From contig NC_058369.1 in NCBI RefSeq assembly GCF_018350175.1, forward strand, positions 16,246,001 to 16,310,000: a stretch of DNA of 64,000 nt. The letters are read 5' to 3'. A program made the position numbers and the translations under genes. Shown here piece after piece: positions 43,104 through 57,100 of the stretch (position 1 is the stretch's first letter; each line of letters begins with the position of its first letter). Source of the stretch: Felis catus. Lineage: Eukaryota. The notes under the pieces are model-generated. The model did not search any database. It had not been told where the DNA came from and saw only the letters and a list, made by a program, of their open reading frames with translations.

Positions 43104-46100
43104 AATAAACATTTTTTAAAAAATTACATAAGACTCAAAACCCACAAACTTGAAGAAGGGAGATGTGTTGGGCTTAAGTACATCAAATTTATGACTGTTC
43201 AGTGAAGGACACCATATCTCATTGAAGATAGATGATGAATTAAGATAGGGCATTTATTCGGTCTAAAACCAACTAGAGGTCAATATTTAGTATATGTAAG
43301 GACACCCTGAACAGTAACAAGCAGAGAAAGAGACTTGGGAGACTTCCGGGGAAGGTGATGGGAGTAGGAGGATCCTGGGCTCACCTCGTCCCACGGATAC
43401 ACCTAGAGAACACCCACATCAGAGTAAAGAAACCAGAAAATGACCCAAAGCCTGGCAGAACAGACTCACCACAGCTAAATGCAGAGAAAAGGTCACCTTG
43501 AAGAGGGTAGGAAGGGTGGACAGCCAATCAGGAGCCAAACTGACCTGCAATACTGTCTATGGGAGGAAGGGATGCCACAGGTGCAGGGCAGGGAGAGGAG
43601 CAGACCCCACACCAGGCACCCCAGGCATAGGGGATCCCCACTGGGAAAATGAATCATCCTCATGCATTTGGCTTTGAAAACTAGAGGGGCCTAACTTTGT
43701 TGGTTCTTACAAGCAGTAGAGCTTACCAGAACTTTAAAAATCAGTGGCTCAGCTCTGGGAGAGCCAGAGGGTAATAGGAAACTGAGTCTTTGCTCTTAAA
43801 GAGATGGCATAACAAACAGCCAGGGAGATACAGCACAGAAGGAGCAGCTTAAAAAACACCTAGGGTATATGAAAAGGAGACGTACTTACTAATCTCACAG
43901 TGTGTGCTGGAGGGGCAGGGATCTTTGGGAGACTTCTCCAGGAACAAAAGGGCTGGCAGGTGCCGCCTGCCTCTCCTACCCCCCAGCCTAGATATACGGA
44001 CACCTGCAGGAACCAGCTCATTGAGAACACTCTCCACCTAGTTTGCAAACTAGGTGCAAACCCCTGCATTCACCCCTGCATTCTCCTATGGACACGCCCC
44101 CTCTATCCCAGCTGGCCTCAGCAGTTTTCCCAGGCAGCCACAGCTCATCCTCCCGCAGCGACGAGCACAGGCCTTGCCGGCATTGGGCGCCCCACACCAC
44201 ATTCTCCTATAGACACACTCCCTCCAACACGCCCTTGGCAGGAGACAATCCAAAGCAGTGCCACAGCCTAGCAGGGTGCCAGTACCACTCCAAGGTGACT
44301 CCTGCCCCAGGGAGAGGGGAAGATAACCACACATACCAGTCCATCAGCGGTCCCAGCAGTGGACTGAGGGCAGACATCTGATCTGACAGCAGGCCCCACC
44401 CACTGACGAAAGTTTTCAGGGGATGACACAGGGAAAATACCCAGCGATTCAGTGCTACCACAGTTCTTGCAAACGCCTGGACTGACTCAACTCAAGCTGA
44501 AGGCAGCCCCAGGCTGACCCACTAACAACACAGAGACCAAACCCTACCCACAACAGGCAAAGAGGGCCATTGCAGGTGACTGGACTGAAGGCAAACATGG
44601 CTCAGCCACAACAGTCGGGTGCACACAACACACATAGGGGACACCCCTGAAGTGCCAGGTTCTGGTGAACAGGGGATATTGCAGTGCAGGGCACAACAGG
44701 ACCTCTTCTTCATAAGTTTGCTACTTTCAAGAACAGGAGACACAGCTGACTTTCCTAACACAAAGAAACAGACACAGAGAGTTAGACAAAATGAGGAAAC
44801 AGAGGAATATGTCCCAAGTGAAAGAACAGGAGGACAAAATCACAGCAAGGGAGCTACACAAAATAGAGATAATATGTCTGATAGAGAATTCAAAGTAATG
44901 GTCATAAAGATACTCATTGGACTTGACAAAAGATTGGAGGACCCCAGTGACTCCCTCAACAAAGAGACAGAAAACAAAAAAGAATCCATCAGAGATTAAA
45001 AAAAAAAAAAACTCAAATAAATGAAATTTAAAATACATTAGAGGGAATTAATAGTAGACTAGAGGAAGCAGAAGAATGGATCAGTGACCTGGAGTACAGA
45101 ATTATGGAAAGCAATCAAGCTGAACAGGAGAGAGAAAAATACAAGTGGCCAACAGACACATGAAAAGATGCTCAACATCACTCATCATCAGGGAAATACA
45201 AATCAAAACCACATTGAGATACCACCTCACACCAGTCAGAGTGGCTAAAGTTAACAACTCAGGAAACAACAGATGGTGATGAGGATGTGGAGAAAATGGA
45301 ACCCTCTTGCATTGTTGGTGGGCATGCAAACTGGTGCAGTCACTCTGGAAAACAGTGTGGAGGTTCCTCAAAAAATTAAAAATAGAATTACCCTACAACT
45401 CAACGATAGCACCACTGGGAATCTATCCAAAGGATACAGGAATGCTGATTCACAGGGGAACATGCACCCCAATGTTTATAGCAGCGCTATCAACAATAGC
45501 CAAATTATGGAAAGAGCCCAAATGTCCATCAACTAATGAATGATGTGGTATCGGGGCCCCTGGGTGGCTCAGTCGGTTGAGCAACCAACTTCGGCTCAGG
45601 TCATGATCATGTGGATCATGAGTTCAAGCCCCATGTCAGGCTCTGTGCTGACAGCTCGAAGCCTGGAGCCTGCTTCGGATTCTGTGTCTCCCTCTCTCTC
45701 TGCCCGTTCCCTGCTCGTGCACTGTCTCTATACCTCTCAAAAATAAGTAAACATTAAAAAAAAAAAGAAGATGTGGTATATACATACAATGGACTACCAC
45801 TAGGTAATGAAAAAGAATTAAATCTTGCCATTTGCAACATCATGAATGGAACTGGAGGGTGTTATGCTGAGTGAAATAAGTCAGTCAGAGAAAGACAAAT
45901 ATCATATGATTTCACTCACATGTGGAAGTTGAGAAACTTAACAGAAGACCATGGGGGAAGGGAAAGAAAAAAACAGTTACCAACAGAGAGGGAGGCAAAC
46001 CATCAGAGACTCTTAAATACAGAGAACAAACTGAAGGTTGATGGGGGTGGACCACCAAGCCAGCCCTATACGAAACGTTAAAGGGGATGCTTTAAGTGGA

Positions 46101-46864
46101 AAGGAAAGACCATAAGCGGGAGTAAGAAAAGTAGGAACCACAAAAGCAGTAAAAAACTATATCTATAAAAATCAGTCAAGGGACTCACAAAATAAAAGGA
46201 TGTAAAGTATGACACCATCTACCTAAAATGTGGGGTGCTAGCGGGGAGAAGAAGAAAGAATGGGTTCAAACTTAGGTAACCATCAACTTCATATAGACTG
46301 CTATATGCAGAAGATGTTACATACAACTCTAATGGCAAACACACATCAAAAGCTGGTCATAGATATGCAAAAAACAAAAAGAAAGGAAGCCAAGCATATC
46401 TAAAAGCCAGCAAACTGTGAGAGAAGAGAGTACGAGAAGAAAAAAATCAGAGAACTACAAAAATCATAAAACAAGTTAACGAAATGGCAACACATACACA
46501 GCTACCACTAATTACTTAGAATGTAAATGGACTAAATGCTCTGTCACATTCAGTGACGGAACAGACAAAAAAAACAAGAGCCATCTGTATACTGCCTACA
46601 AGGGACTCATTTCAGATTGAAAGATGCATGCAGATTGAAAGTGAGGGGATGGGGAAGCAGTGATCATGCATATAGAATTGGGGAAAAATGGGGCACCTGG
46701 GTGGCTCAGTCAGTTGAGCGTCTGACTCTTGGTTTCGGCTCAGGTCATGATTTCATGGTTTGTGAGATTGAGCCCCACGTCAGGCTCCACGGCGCTGGTG
46801 TGGAGCCTGCTTGGGATTCTCTCACTCCCTTTCTCCTGCCCGGCTTGTGCACATGCCCTCTCAT

Positions 46865-46903
<39 letters not shown>

Positions 46904-49900
46904 ATAAATAAACTTAAAAAAAAGAGTTGAAAAAAAAAAAGCTGAGGTAGAAAAAGAGTTGAGGGAGACACAAGAGTGTCCACTCCAGTTGCCAGCTCCC
47001 TGACAGTTTGGCAAGGCAGGGAACCCCTCATCCCCCAGGAGCACTGGAGGAGGGAGATGTGGTCGAACTTGGCAAGGTTTAAATCAAATTGATTTTTAAA
47101 TCGAGACTTGTAATCAGACAGGGCGTATAGTAACTAAAAGTGACTGAAAACTGTATACTCTGCCCCAAATGATGTTTGGGGGAGGGAAGAAGCTTTGACA
47201 TAGGACATGTGGCGGGGAGTGACTTGAAAAAATAAAACCATTTCATGTGGATTCTCTAACAAATTGAGACTCCTCAGCAAACAAATACGGGAGGGGATAT
47301 GTAGCACAATATCATTTATGCAAGTTTAAATACACATTCAGCAACACTATGCATTTTTCAGAGATACAGACATCTTTAAAGAGATGTAAGAAAGAGATTT
47401 GAGTAGGTGCCTTTGCAGGGCAAGAATATGAAAGATGAAGGGGAAAATCAAGACGCTGATAATCAAGCTAATGATAACGTGAGGGCCGTTCCCCAAGAGA
47501 GATTTACTGGACTCTGGGAGCTCAGAGAAAAAGAGAACTCAAAATAGTGGACAGAGAGAGAAATCTCAAAAATGGACATTCTCTTACCACAAGGAAATAA
47601 AACCAGAGCTCATAACAAAATGGGAACTACCCCATCAAAGGAAAAGTTAATTTTCAAAAATGTTCAAGTAAAAACAGAATTAAAATCCACGATTGTTGTG
47701 TAGGGCAAAAAGAATACCACATGTGGCAAAGTCCGGGGGTTAGGGGCCTGAACTGCACACGGAAGAGTCTCAGTCTAAATATTTTTACCGAACAAGAGAG
47801 AACGAAACTAAGTTATCCATTATTATCATCAATTATGTATCCCTGCACATTCAGCTCAAGACACTTGAAAAGGAATTAATAAAGACAAAAAGGAGAACAT
47901 CCATGCATTAGAGAGCAGAAAATCATAGCCTTGAGAAGTTAAATCAAGAGGTCATTCTGCAAAAACAACAAAATAGGGGGAGGGTGGGTGGCTCAGTCGG
48001 TTGAGCGTCTGACTTCGGCTCAGGTCATGATCTTGCGGTCCGTGAGTTCGAGCCCCGCATCGGCTGTGCTGACAGCTCAGAGCCTGGAGCCTGCTTCAGA
48101 TTCCGTGTCTCCCTCTCTCTCTGCCCCTCCCCTGCTCACGCTCTGACTCTCTCTCAAAAAATAAACACTAAAAAAAAATTTTTTTAACAACAAAATTGAT
48201 TAGCACCTTGTAAATCTTTCCAAGAAAAACAGAAAGAGAAGGAGATGCAAATACTTTGTGGCATGAGTAGAAAAGAGGCTAGAACTGCATCCAGGGAAAA
48301 TGCACTCCCTCAGAATCTGAAGAATGTAACTTCCTCTTTACGTATTTAAATTCTGGATGAAATGAGTAATTTCTAAGAAAATGCAAATCATGTAAGTCCA
48401 ATAACCATGGGCAAAACAACTTGAAATACTGTCCACAAACTACCCCTCAAAGGAAAACAGGCCCACGTGGTTTCCTGGGTAACTTCTCCCCGGCATTCAA
48501 GGAGCAGGTAATTTATGTTTTTCAAATGTTCCAGAACATGGACTAATATTTTTCAAGGGAAGCGTAGTCTTGATTCTATGCCTTGATACAGGGGGTGCCT
48601 CTCTCCACACGCCTTTAAAAGGAGCCCAGCCTCACTGGAGGAAGAAGACAAAACACAAAGGCCGTGTGGGTCGTGCTGTGTGGATGGTGCCCCACGGGAC
48701 ACTCCCTTCCCAGGCCAGTACCCTTCCTGGGCCCTGCACCCACACTGTCCTGTGCCTGGCCCAGAGCCCAGCACGGGGTGTCTGTTGGATGAAGGAACAA
48801 ATGAAACACGTTCTAAAACAAGACATTATAAATCTGAATCCGACCTATGAAGGGAAAATAAAGTACACCATGAGCGGGGAGGGCGATCCTGCACGCAGGG
48901 GACACAGACCTGAGGGAATCTGTTCATGGAGCTGACTCAGCACATCCCATCAGAGCATGGAGTCATCCTGACAGCTACAGAAAACACATGTTAGGAAGCA
49001 GGGCATTCATTCCTGGAGTAAAAATGCCATAGCGGAACAGGAAGGAGTGGCTCTCTCCCTGAAAGACGATATGCCAGATGAGCACCACGCTTCATGATCA
49101 AGTGTGAGAAGCGCGTCCAGGAAGGTCGGCAACAAGAAAAAACACAGCTCCGTTCCAGGTTGTTCAGAGGAGAAGTGCCCAAGGCAATGAAAAAAGTAAA
49201 TATCGTGGAAATAAAAGAGGCAACATGATTGCTAATGGCAGCTCATAGGAGTGTAGGCCTGGAAAGCCCCAGAGAGTCAACTAAAAACTCTTAGGTAGAA
49301 CAGAAGAGTACAGCTCACCCTTTTCAACAAGAGGATGAGTCTGGGGATGGAAGTGAAGAAAGTGAAAATGAAAGGAAGGTCTCATCCTGCTGAGGAGGAA
49401 GCTGAAGATGCCAATGAACTCTGGGTGTTCATATATTAATATTAAATGTTAAATATGAGCACGGAAAATGCAAGGTGACCGGTAGCAGACTGAAATTGAG
49501 ACATGACAAATTGCAAACCAACAGCAGAAAGGTGGAGTGGAAAACAAAATCAACCCAAAAGGCAAGGTGGGGGAACAAAGCGCAACATTCTTTTTGGTAA
49601 GTGGATTAAAGGATATTCTCCCAGATGTACCAACAAAAACAGCATCCAGGTTTATGCTGTTGAACAAGAAACAAACTTAAAACAAAATGGCATATGGGAT
49701 GCTGGGTGGCTCAGTCGCTTGAGCATCCAACTCTATTTTATTTTTATTTTTTTTAATGTTGATTTATTTTTGGAGAGAGAGAGAGAGAGAGATGGAGCAT
49801 GAACGGGGGAGGGGCAGAGAGAGAGGGAGACACAGAATCTGTGTCAGCACAGAGCCCGAGAGCCCAATGCGGGGCTTGAACTCACAAACCGTGAGATGGT

Positions 49901-52900
49901 GACCTGAGCCGAAGTTGGATGCTTAATTGACTGAGGCACCCAGGCGCCCCAAGAGTGTGCGACTCTTGATCTCAGGGTTGTGAGTTGGAGCCCCACAGTG
50001 AGTATAGAGACCACTTAAAAATAAAACCTTAAAAAAAAAGAAAGAAAAAAGAAATGCCCCCTTTATTATATCCTACATTCCCATCTTGTTTTGGTCTGTT
50101 TCTGCCTCTTGCAGTCTCATTCCTTTGCCAACACCACTCTTAAATTATTGTAGCTTTTGAATTCTTGTTTTTCTTTTGTATGTGGTAAGGCAAGTCCTCC
50201 TTCATTATCCTCCTTTTAAAGAATTTGCCTGGCTGTTCTCCCACGTTCATTCCAACTGAACAATTTTAGAATAATGTCAAAAAGAAAATCATGTGGCAAT
50301 GTTGGTGGAAATTAATAGATTAACTTAGGGAAAATAGACTATTTTGTTCTATTTCTTTCTGTCTAGAGCGAGGGGTTTACAGCTTTCTCCATATAGTTAC
50401 TGCCTGATGCTGCTTAAGTATATGCTTATGTGTTTTGTATGTCTGCTGTGAGCAATATGTTTTCTTTCATTATATTTTCTGCTTAAATATATATACATTT
50501 ATATATACATATTTATATATATACATTATATATATTTCTATATATTTATGTATACACATACTATATATATATGTATATATATACACAAGGTAAATATATT
50601 ATAAGGTAATATATATATACACAATATATATGTATATGTATATACAAATACATGTATATACATACAAGGTAAATATATATATTTAAATATATATATATTT
50701 ACAATATGTATATATACAAGGTAAATATATATATATTTAAATATATATATTTACAATACATATATATACAAGGTAAATATATATATTTACAAATGTGTGT
50801 GTATATACATATATATATATATATATACATATATAGTGTGTGTGTGTGTGTATGTGTGTGTGTCTATTTACCTTGTAACAAGCATCCTTTCTGGATCTAG
50901 TTGATTCTCTTTAATTTTGTAGGTCCAGAGACCATCATCTATAAACAGTAATCAATTTACCTCCTTTTCAACATGTGTACTTCTTATTTTTCTTGTCTAC
51001 TACAGTGTAAGAACTATATTTCAGAACAATTAGTCTGTCTTCCAGGAAACACTGTGCCTTTTTTTAAAAAAGGAACTTTGTTTTGTATTTTAGAGAGAGC
51101 AAGTGCGAGCCAGGGAGAAGGGCAGAGGGAGAAAGAGAATTCCAGGCAGGCTCCACACTCAGGGCTCAATGCAGGGCCTGATACAGGGCTCAATCCCACG
51201 ACCCTGAGCTGAAATCAAGAGTTGGATGCTCGGGGCACCTGGGTGGCTCAGTCGGTTGAGCATCTGACTTCAGCTCAGGTCATGATCTCATGGTTTGTGA
51301 GTTCGAGACCCACATCGGGCTCTTAGGCTCTGTGCTGACACAGATTCTGTGTCTCCCTCTCTCTCTGCCCCTCCCTGCTCACGCTCTGTCCCCCGTTCAC
51401 GCTCTGTCTCCCTTTCTCTCTCAAAAATAAATACGCGTTAAAAATTAAAAAAAAAAAAAAAATAGTCGCACACTCTTCTGAGCCTGCCAGGCTCCCCTAA
51501 AGGGGGCATTTCTATTCATTGTCCCAAAACACATTAAAAGCATTCAATGAAAGATAATTTACATAACTGGCTATGTTTGGAGAAAAATAAAATGGATGCC
51601 TTCTCTCGACCTTCCAGATGAAACAAAATTAAAATATTTAAAGAAAAGAATTGAGAACATGTATGAGTGAATAATTTATCTTAGGGTGGGAAAGGTACTT
51701 CTAGGCCTAGCACAAAAATCACTATCATCAAGGGAAATAATGATAAAATTTTAAATGACTCTATGGAAAAAAAAAATCCACACTGAAAAAAGGCAAATGA
51801 TGGACAAATAGGGCAAAATATTGTGAACCATGTTATAAATGGTTAAAATTTCCAGTTCCCAAAGTTTTTAATAACTTTTTTATTTTGAAATAATTTGAGA
51901 CTCACAGAGAAGTTGCAAGTGTAATATTTTTACCCAGATTTACTAATTGTTCATGTTGTACCATATTTGTTTTATAATCTTTCCCCATACGTGTATGTGT
52001 ACATGTATGTATGTATGTGTGTGTGTGTGTGTATAGATACACATATATATATATACACCATTTTAAATTAAGCTGAAAAGACATGATGCTCCTTCCTGAT
52101 AATTACTACAGCATATAATATCCAGAATGTTGACAAATCAATAAAAACAAAAGTAGTTTAATAGAAAATCATGAGCCAATGGCAGGGAAAAGTGTAAATG
52201 GTACACTGAACACAGCAAGCATCTTTATCTAGACTCCCTCTGTCATTTCACAATTGATTTAGAAGGTGAGTTCTTTCTCTGACCCTGGGTAAACACTTGG
52301 GCAGAACCAGAAGGTTTTGCTCCCTGTGATTAATGTAATCATAGGCGCTATGAGGACACTGTCACATAAACATATCTCCGTTCAGAAATCAGAATATGCG
52401 TTCCCACACAATAATTACAACGCCAGACTTGATTTAAAGTAAGAACTTTTCCCCGCTGCTGTCTAAGGCTTTTGGACTCCTGGGAAGGAGGAAGCCAGAT
52501 CCGCTCCCCTCTCCCCCCTCCCTTCCTGTGCCTTCCCTTCAGCAACTGCTCCAACCCCATCTTGCTAACCTGTTTCCTGAACCTGCCAAAGTTAAAGCTG
52601 GAGGGTGGGGAAGCAAGAAAACCAGCTTATCCCCCAGGTGCTTCCTGCTCTCTGGGTCTTGAGCAGATTGACAGCTGACTCTGCCCCTGAGTGGGCACAT
52701 ATCACAGTCTCTGAATGATCTTGTTGAAACCCCTCGCGGGAGATCTGACACCCCACCCCCATCCCTTAAAGGGGGAAGGGTGAGCACACAGGAGCAGCTC
52801 TTTCCAGAGAAATCCTCCTTATAAAATCACCTCCCACTCTACTCTCTTGACCCTTTGGTATGTACACATAGTGGAATGTCACACAACTATCTTTGAACCC

Positions 52901-54134
52901 TGATACATACTGTATTTTGATGACTTCACTGAAACTTCCTATTTAATATCCTGTTGCACCGGCAATTTACAAAATTGCTCGATTTCATGAAATTAAAGCA
53001 AAAATAAAAGTTTTAGTCTCCCAGAGGAACAAAAGTTAAAATAACAATAATGCCTAATGCTGATGATGATGTAGAGAAAAGGGCACTCATATACTGTTGG
53101 TATTAGTGTAAATGGGTCAAAATATTTGAGGAGGCTAATTTGTCTGTATCTCTTAAAATGTTAAATGTGCATACAACTGCTCTTGTAATTACACTTCTAA
53201 AAATTTATTTTAGAGAAATACTTGAACAAATGTGCAAAGATCTATGAACAAAGATTTTTACTCTAGCATGGCAGAAAAATATTGAAATGAGTTCAGATAT
53301 CTATCAGTAGAATGGTTAAATAGATCATGACACAGCAATATGAAAGAATTACTATTCAGTATTCAACGAGAATGAAAGGCATTTATATAGATAGTCCAAG
53401 ACAGTCCAAGATCTATTTCAAGTGAAAGTAAAAAAGTTGAATAAAATTATAATACAATCTTTCATTAAAAATAAAAACTAGAGGGGCGCCTGGGTGGCTC
53501 AGTTGGCTAAGCGTCCAGCTTCGTTCGGGTCATGATCTCACGGTTTGTGGGTTTGAGTCCCGTGTTGGCCTCTGTGCTTACAGCTCAGAGCCTGGAGCCT
53601 ACTTCAGATTCTGTGTGTGTGTGTGTGTGTGTGTGTGTCTTTGCCCCTCCCCCGCTTGCTCTCTGTCTCTGTCTCTCTCAAAAATAAATATTAAAAAAGT
53701 TAGAAATAAATAAAAACTAGAAAACAACCCTAAAACTTATTTAGGGTTTCATATATGTATAGAAAAGAAATGTTAAGGATAGAAGCTAAATAACTTAGGG
53801 TGGAAATTTCTGGAGAGTTTGATTATAGGAGTGTCTCACTTTCTAATTTTTGCATTTATGTACTACTTTTTAAAGGCAATGCATCCATTTCCTTTCAAAT
53901 CACACTCTATGTATATATTCTTAAGTAAGGTAGTGATAATTGAATTCACAACAGTACAGAATTTAAGAGATGAAACCAACGTTTAGTTAAAAGATAAGTT
54001 TTGGGCACCTGGGTGGCTCAGTTAAGCGTCTAACTCGATTTCGGCTCAGGTCATGATCATAAGATCAAGTCCCGTGCCAGGCTCTGCACAGGCAGTGTGG
54101 AGCCTACTTGAGATTCTCTCTCTCCCTCTCTGTC

Positions 54135-54173
<39 letters not shown>

Positions 54174-57100
54174 ATAAATAAAATTTTTTTTAAAAAGATG
54201 ATTTTATGGTTTTAAATACTTCAAATGCAAAACTAGAAAGGGTAAATCCTTTTGTCCAAGAAGACAGAAAAAGAAAACCAAATCAAGCCCAAAGGAAGCA
54301 GAAGAAAAATTAATAGAAATAAGTAATAATGAAATAAATGTTTAAAACTTAACTGCATACCAGGCTGACAGGCAAGTTACAACATATTCCATTTAACTGG
54401 TATTGCCATAGAGCCTATTTTATGACCACACAGAAATTGGGTTGGAAATCATTAACAAAACAAATAAGTACACATGTATTTGAAAATCAAAAAAACACAC
54501 TTCTAAATAAGTCATGGGTCAAAATGAAATAAGAATGGGAATTATAGAAAATATTTAGAGCCGGATAACAGTAAAAATGCTACATATTAAAATATGTGGC
54601 ATTAGGCTAAAGCATTTACTAAGAGGGGAATTTGTAGCCTTAAATACTTGTATTAGAAAAGAAAAAAGTAAGGGGCGCCTGGGTGGCTCTGTCAGTTAAG
54701 TGTGAGGCTCTTGATTTTGGCTCAGGTCATGGTCTCAAGGTCTGTGAGTTCGAGCCCGGCATAGGGCTCCATGCTGACAGTGCAGAGTCAGCTTGGGATT
54801 CTCTCTCTCCTTCTCTCTCTGCCCCTCCCCCACTCACACGTGCTCTCTTTCTCTCAAAATAAGCTTTAAAAGAAAATTAAAAAGTCCAAAACTACATTGG
54901 ATGTCTTCTTTATCTATTCATCTATGGATGGACACTTGGGCTGCTTCCGTATCTCGGCTATTGTAAATAATGCTGCAATAAACATAGGGAGGCATATGTC
55001 TTTTCAAATTAGTGTTTTCACTATCTTCAGATAAATGCCCAGCAGGAGAATTAATGAATCATAGAGTAGCTCTATTTTTAACTTCTTGAGGAAACTCCAT
55101 ACTTATTTTCACAGTGGCTGCACCAGTTTGCATTCCCACCAATGGTGCAAGAGGGTTCCGCTTTCTCCACATCCTTGCCAACACCTGTTGTTTCTTATGT
55201 TGTTGATTTTAGCCATTCTGACACGTGTGAGGCAGTATCTCATCGTGGTTTTGAGTTGTATTTCCCTGATGATGAGTGATGTTGAGCATCTTTTCATGTG
55301 TCTGTTAGCCATCTGTATGTCTTCTTTGGAAAAAAAAATGTCTATTCAGGTCTTCTGCTCATTTTTTAAATCAGACTGAGTTTTTTGGAGGGTTTTTTTG
55401 GGGGTGGGTTTTTGGTTTTGGTTTTTGGTGTTGAGTTGTATGAGTTCTTTACATATTTTGGATACCAACCCTTTCTCAAAAATATCATTTGCAAATACCT
55501 TCTCACATTCAGTAGGTTGCCTTATCGTTTTGTTGATGTTTTCCTTTGCTGTGAGAAGTTTTTTTAGTTTGATGTAGTCCCAAGTGCCTTAATTTTGTTT
55601 TGCTTTTGTTGGCTTTGCCTGAGGGGGCAGATTCAACAACAAATTGCTAAGACTGATGTGCAAGAGTTTACTGCCTATGTTTTCTTTTAGGAGTTTTATG
55701 GCTTGGGGTCTTACCTTTAGATCTTTAATCCATTTGGGGCTCATTTTTGTGTATGTTGTAAGAAAGTGGTCAAGTTTCATTCTTTTGCATGTAGCTGTTT
55801 GGTTTTCCCAACATTATTTATTGAAGGGACAGTCTTCCCCATGGTATATTCTTGCCTCCTTTGATTAACTATTGATTTGTATCTATTTTTGTTTCAGTAC
55901 CATATTCTTTTGATTACTCTAGCTTTGTAGTATAGCCTGAAATCTGGGATTGTGATACCTCCAGTTCTTCCTTCTTTCTCAAGACTGCTTTGTCCGTTCT
56001 GGATCTTTTGTGGTTTTATACAAATTTTAGTATTTTTTATTCTAATTCTGCAAAAATTACTATTGGTATTTTGATAGGGATTGCATCAGATCTGTAGATT
56101 GCTTTGGATAGTATGGACATTTTAATGATTAATTCTCCCAGTCCATGAGCATGGTATATCTTTCCATTTATTTGTGTTATTTTCAGTTTCTTTCATCAGT
56201 GTCTTATAGTTTTCAGAGTACAAGTCTTTTACCTTTGGTTAAATCTATTCCTAGGTATTTTATTCTTTTTGATGCAATGATAAATGGAGCTGTTCTCTTA
56301 ATTTCCTTCTGCTACTTCATTTTTAGTGTATAAAAATGCAACATATTTCTTTATATTTTGTATCCTGTAACTTTACTGAATTTCTTTATTAGCTCTAATA
56401 GTTTTTTGATGGAGTCTTTAGGAGTTTCTATATGTAGTATCATATCATCTGCATATAGTGACAGTTTTACTTTTTCCTTACTAATTTGGATGCCTTTTAT
56501 TTCTTTTGTTTGCCTGATTGCTGTGGCTAATCTTCAGTACTCTGCTGCATAAAAGCAGCAAGATAAAGTAAAAACCAGGTGAAATTTTTAAAAATAAAAA
56601 ATAAATAAATTGGCAAGTGAACATCCTTGTCATTCCTGACCTTAGAGGAAAAGCTTTCTGCTTCTCACCACTGAGTATGATGTGCTGTGGGTTTGTCATA
56701 CATGGTCTCTATTATGTTAAGGCATCTTCCCTCTATACACACTTCGCTAAGAGTTTTTACCATGAATGGATGTTGAATTTTGTCAAATGTTTTTTCTACA
56801 TCTGTTGAGATGATCATATGATTTTTATCCTTCATTCATTAATGTGGTAAATCATGTTGATTGATTTGCAGATACTGAACCATGTTTGCATCCCTGGAAC
56901 AAATCCACTTGATCAGGTGAATGATCCTTTTCCTGTATTATTGAATTCAGTTTGCTAATATTTTGTTGAGGATTTTTGCTTCTATTTTCATCAGGGCTAT
57001 TGGTCTGTAATTTTCTTTTTTTATAGTGTCTTGGTCTGGTTTTAGTATCAGGGTAGTGCTGGCCTTGTAGAATAAATTTGGAACCGTTCTTTCCTCCTCA

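Noticed and set aside
49325..49410. Short acidic-coding stretch ([16 protein letters not shown]) as a processed-pseudogene fragment
   Set aside because: Too short, ends in a stop, no poly-A or TSD, lies among degraded L1 sequence.
50485..50862. Regularly repeated caaggtaaatatatat units as a CRISPR-like array
   Set aside because: Mammalian DNA; spacers are low-complexity TA repeats, so this is an expanded microsatellite.
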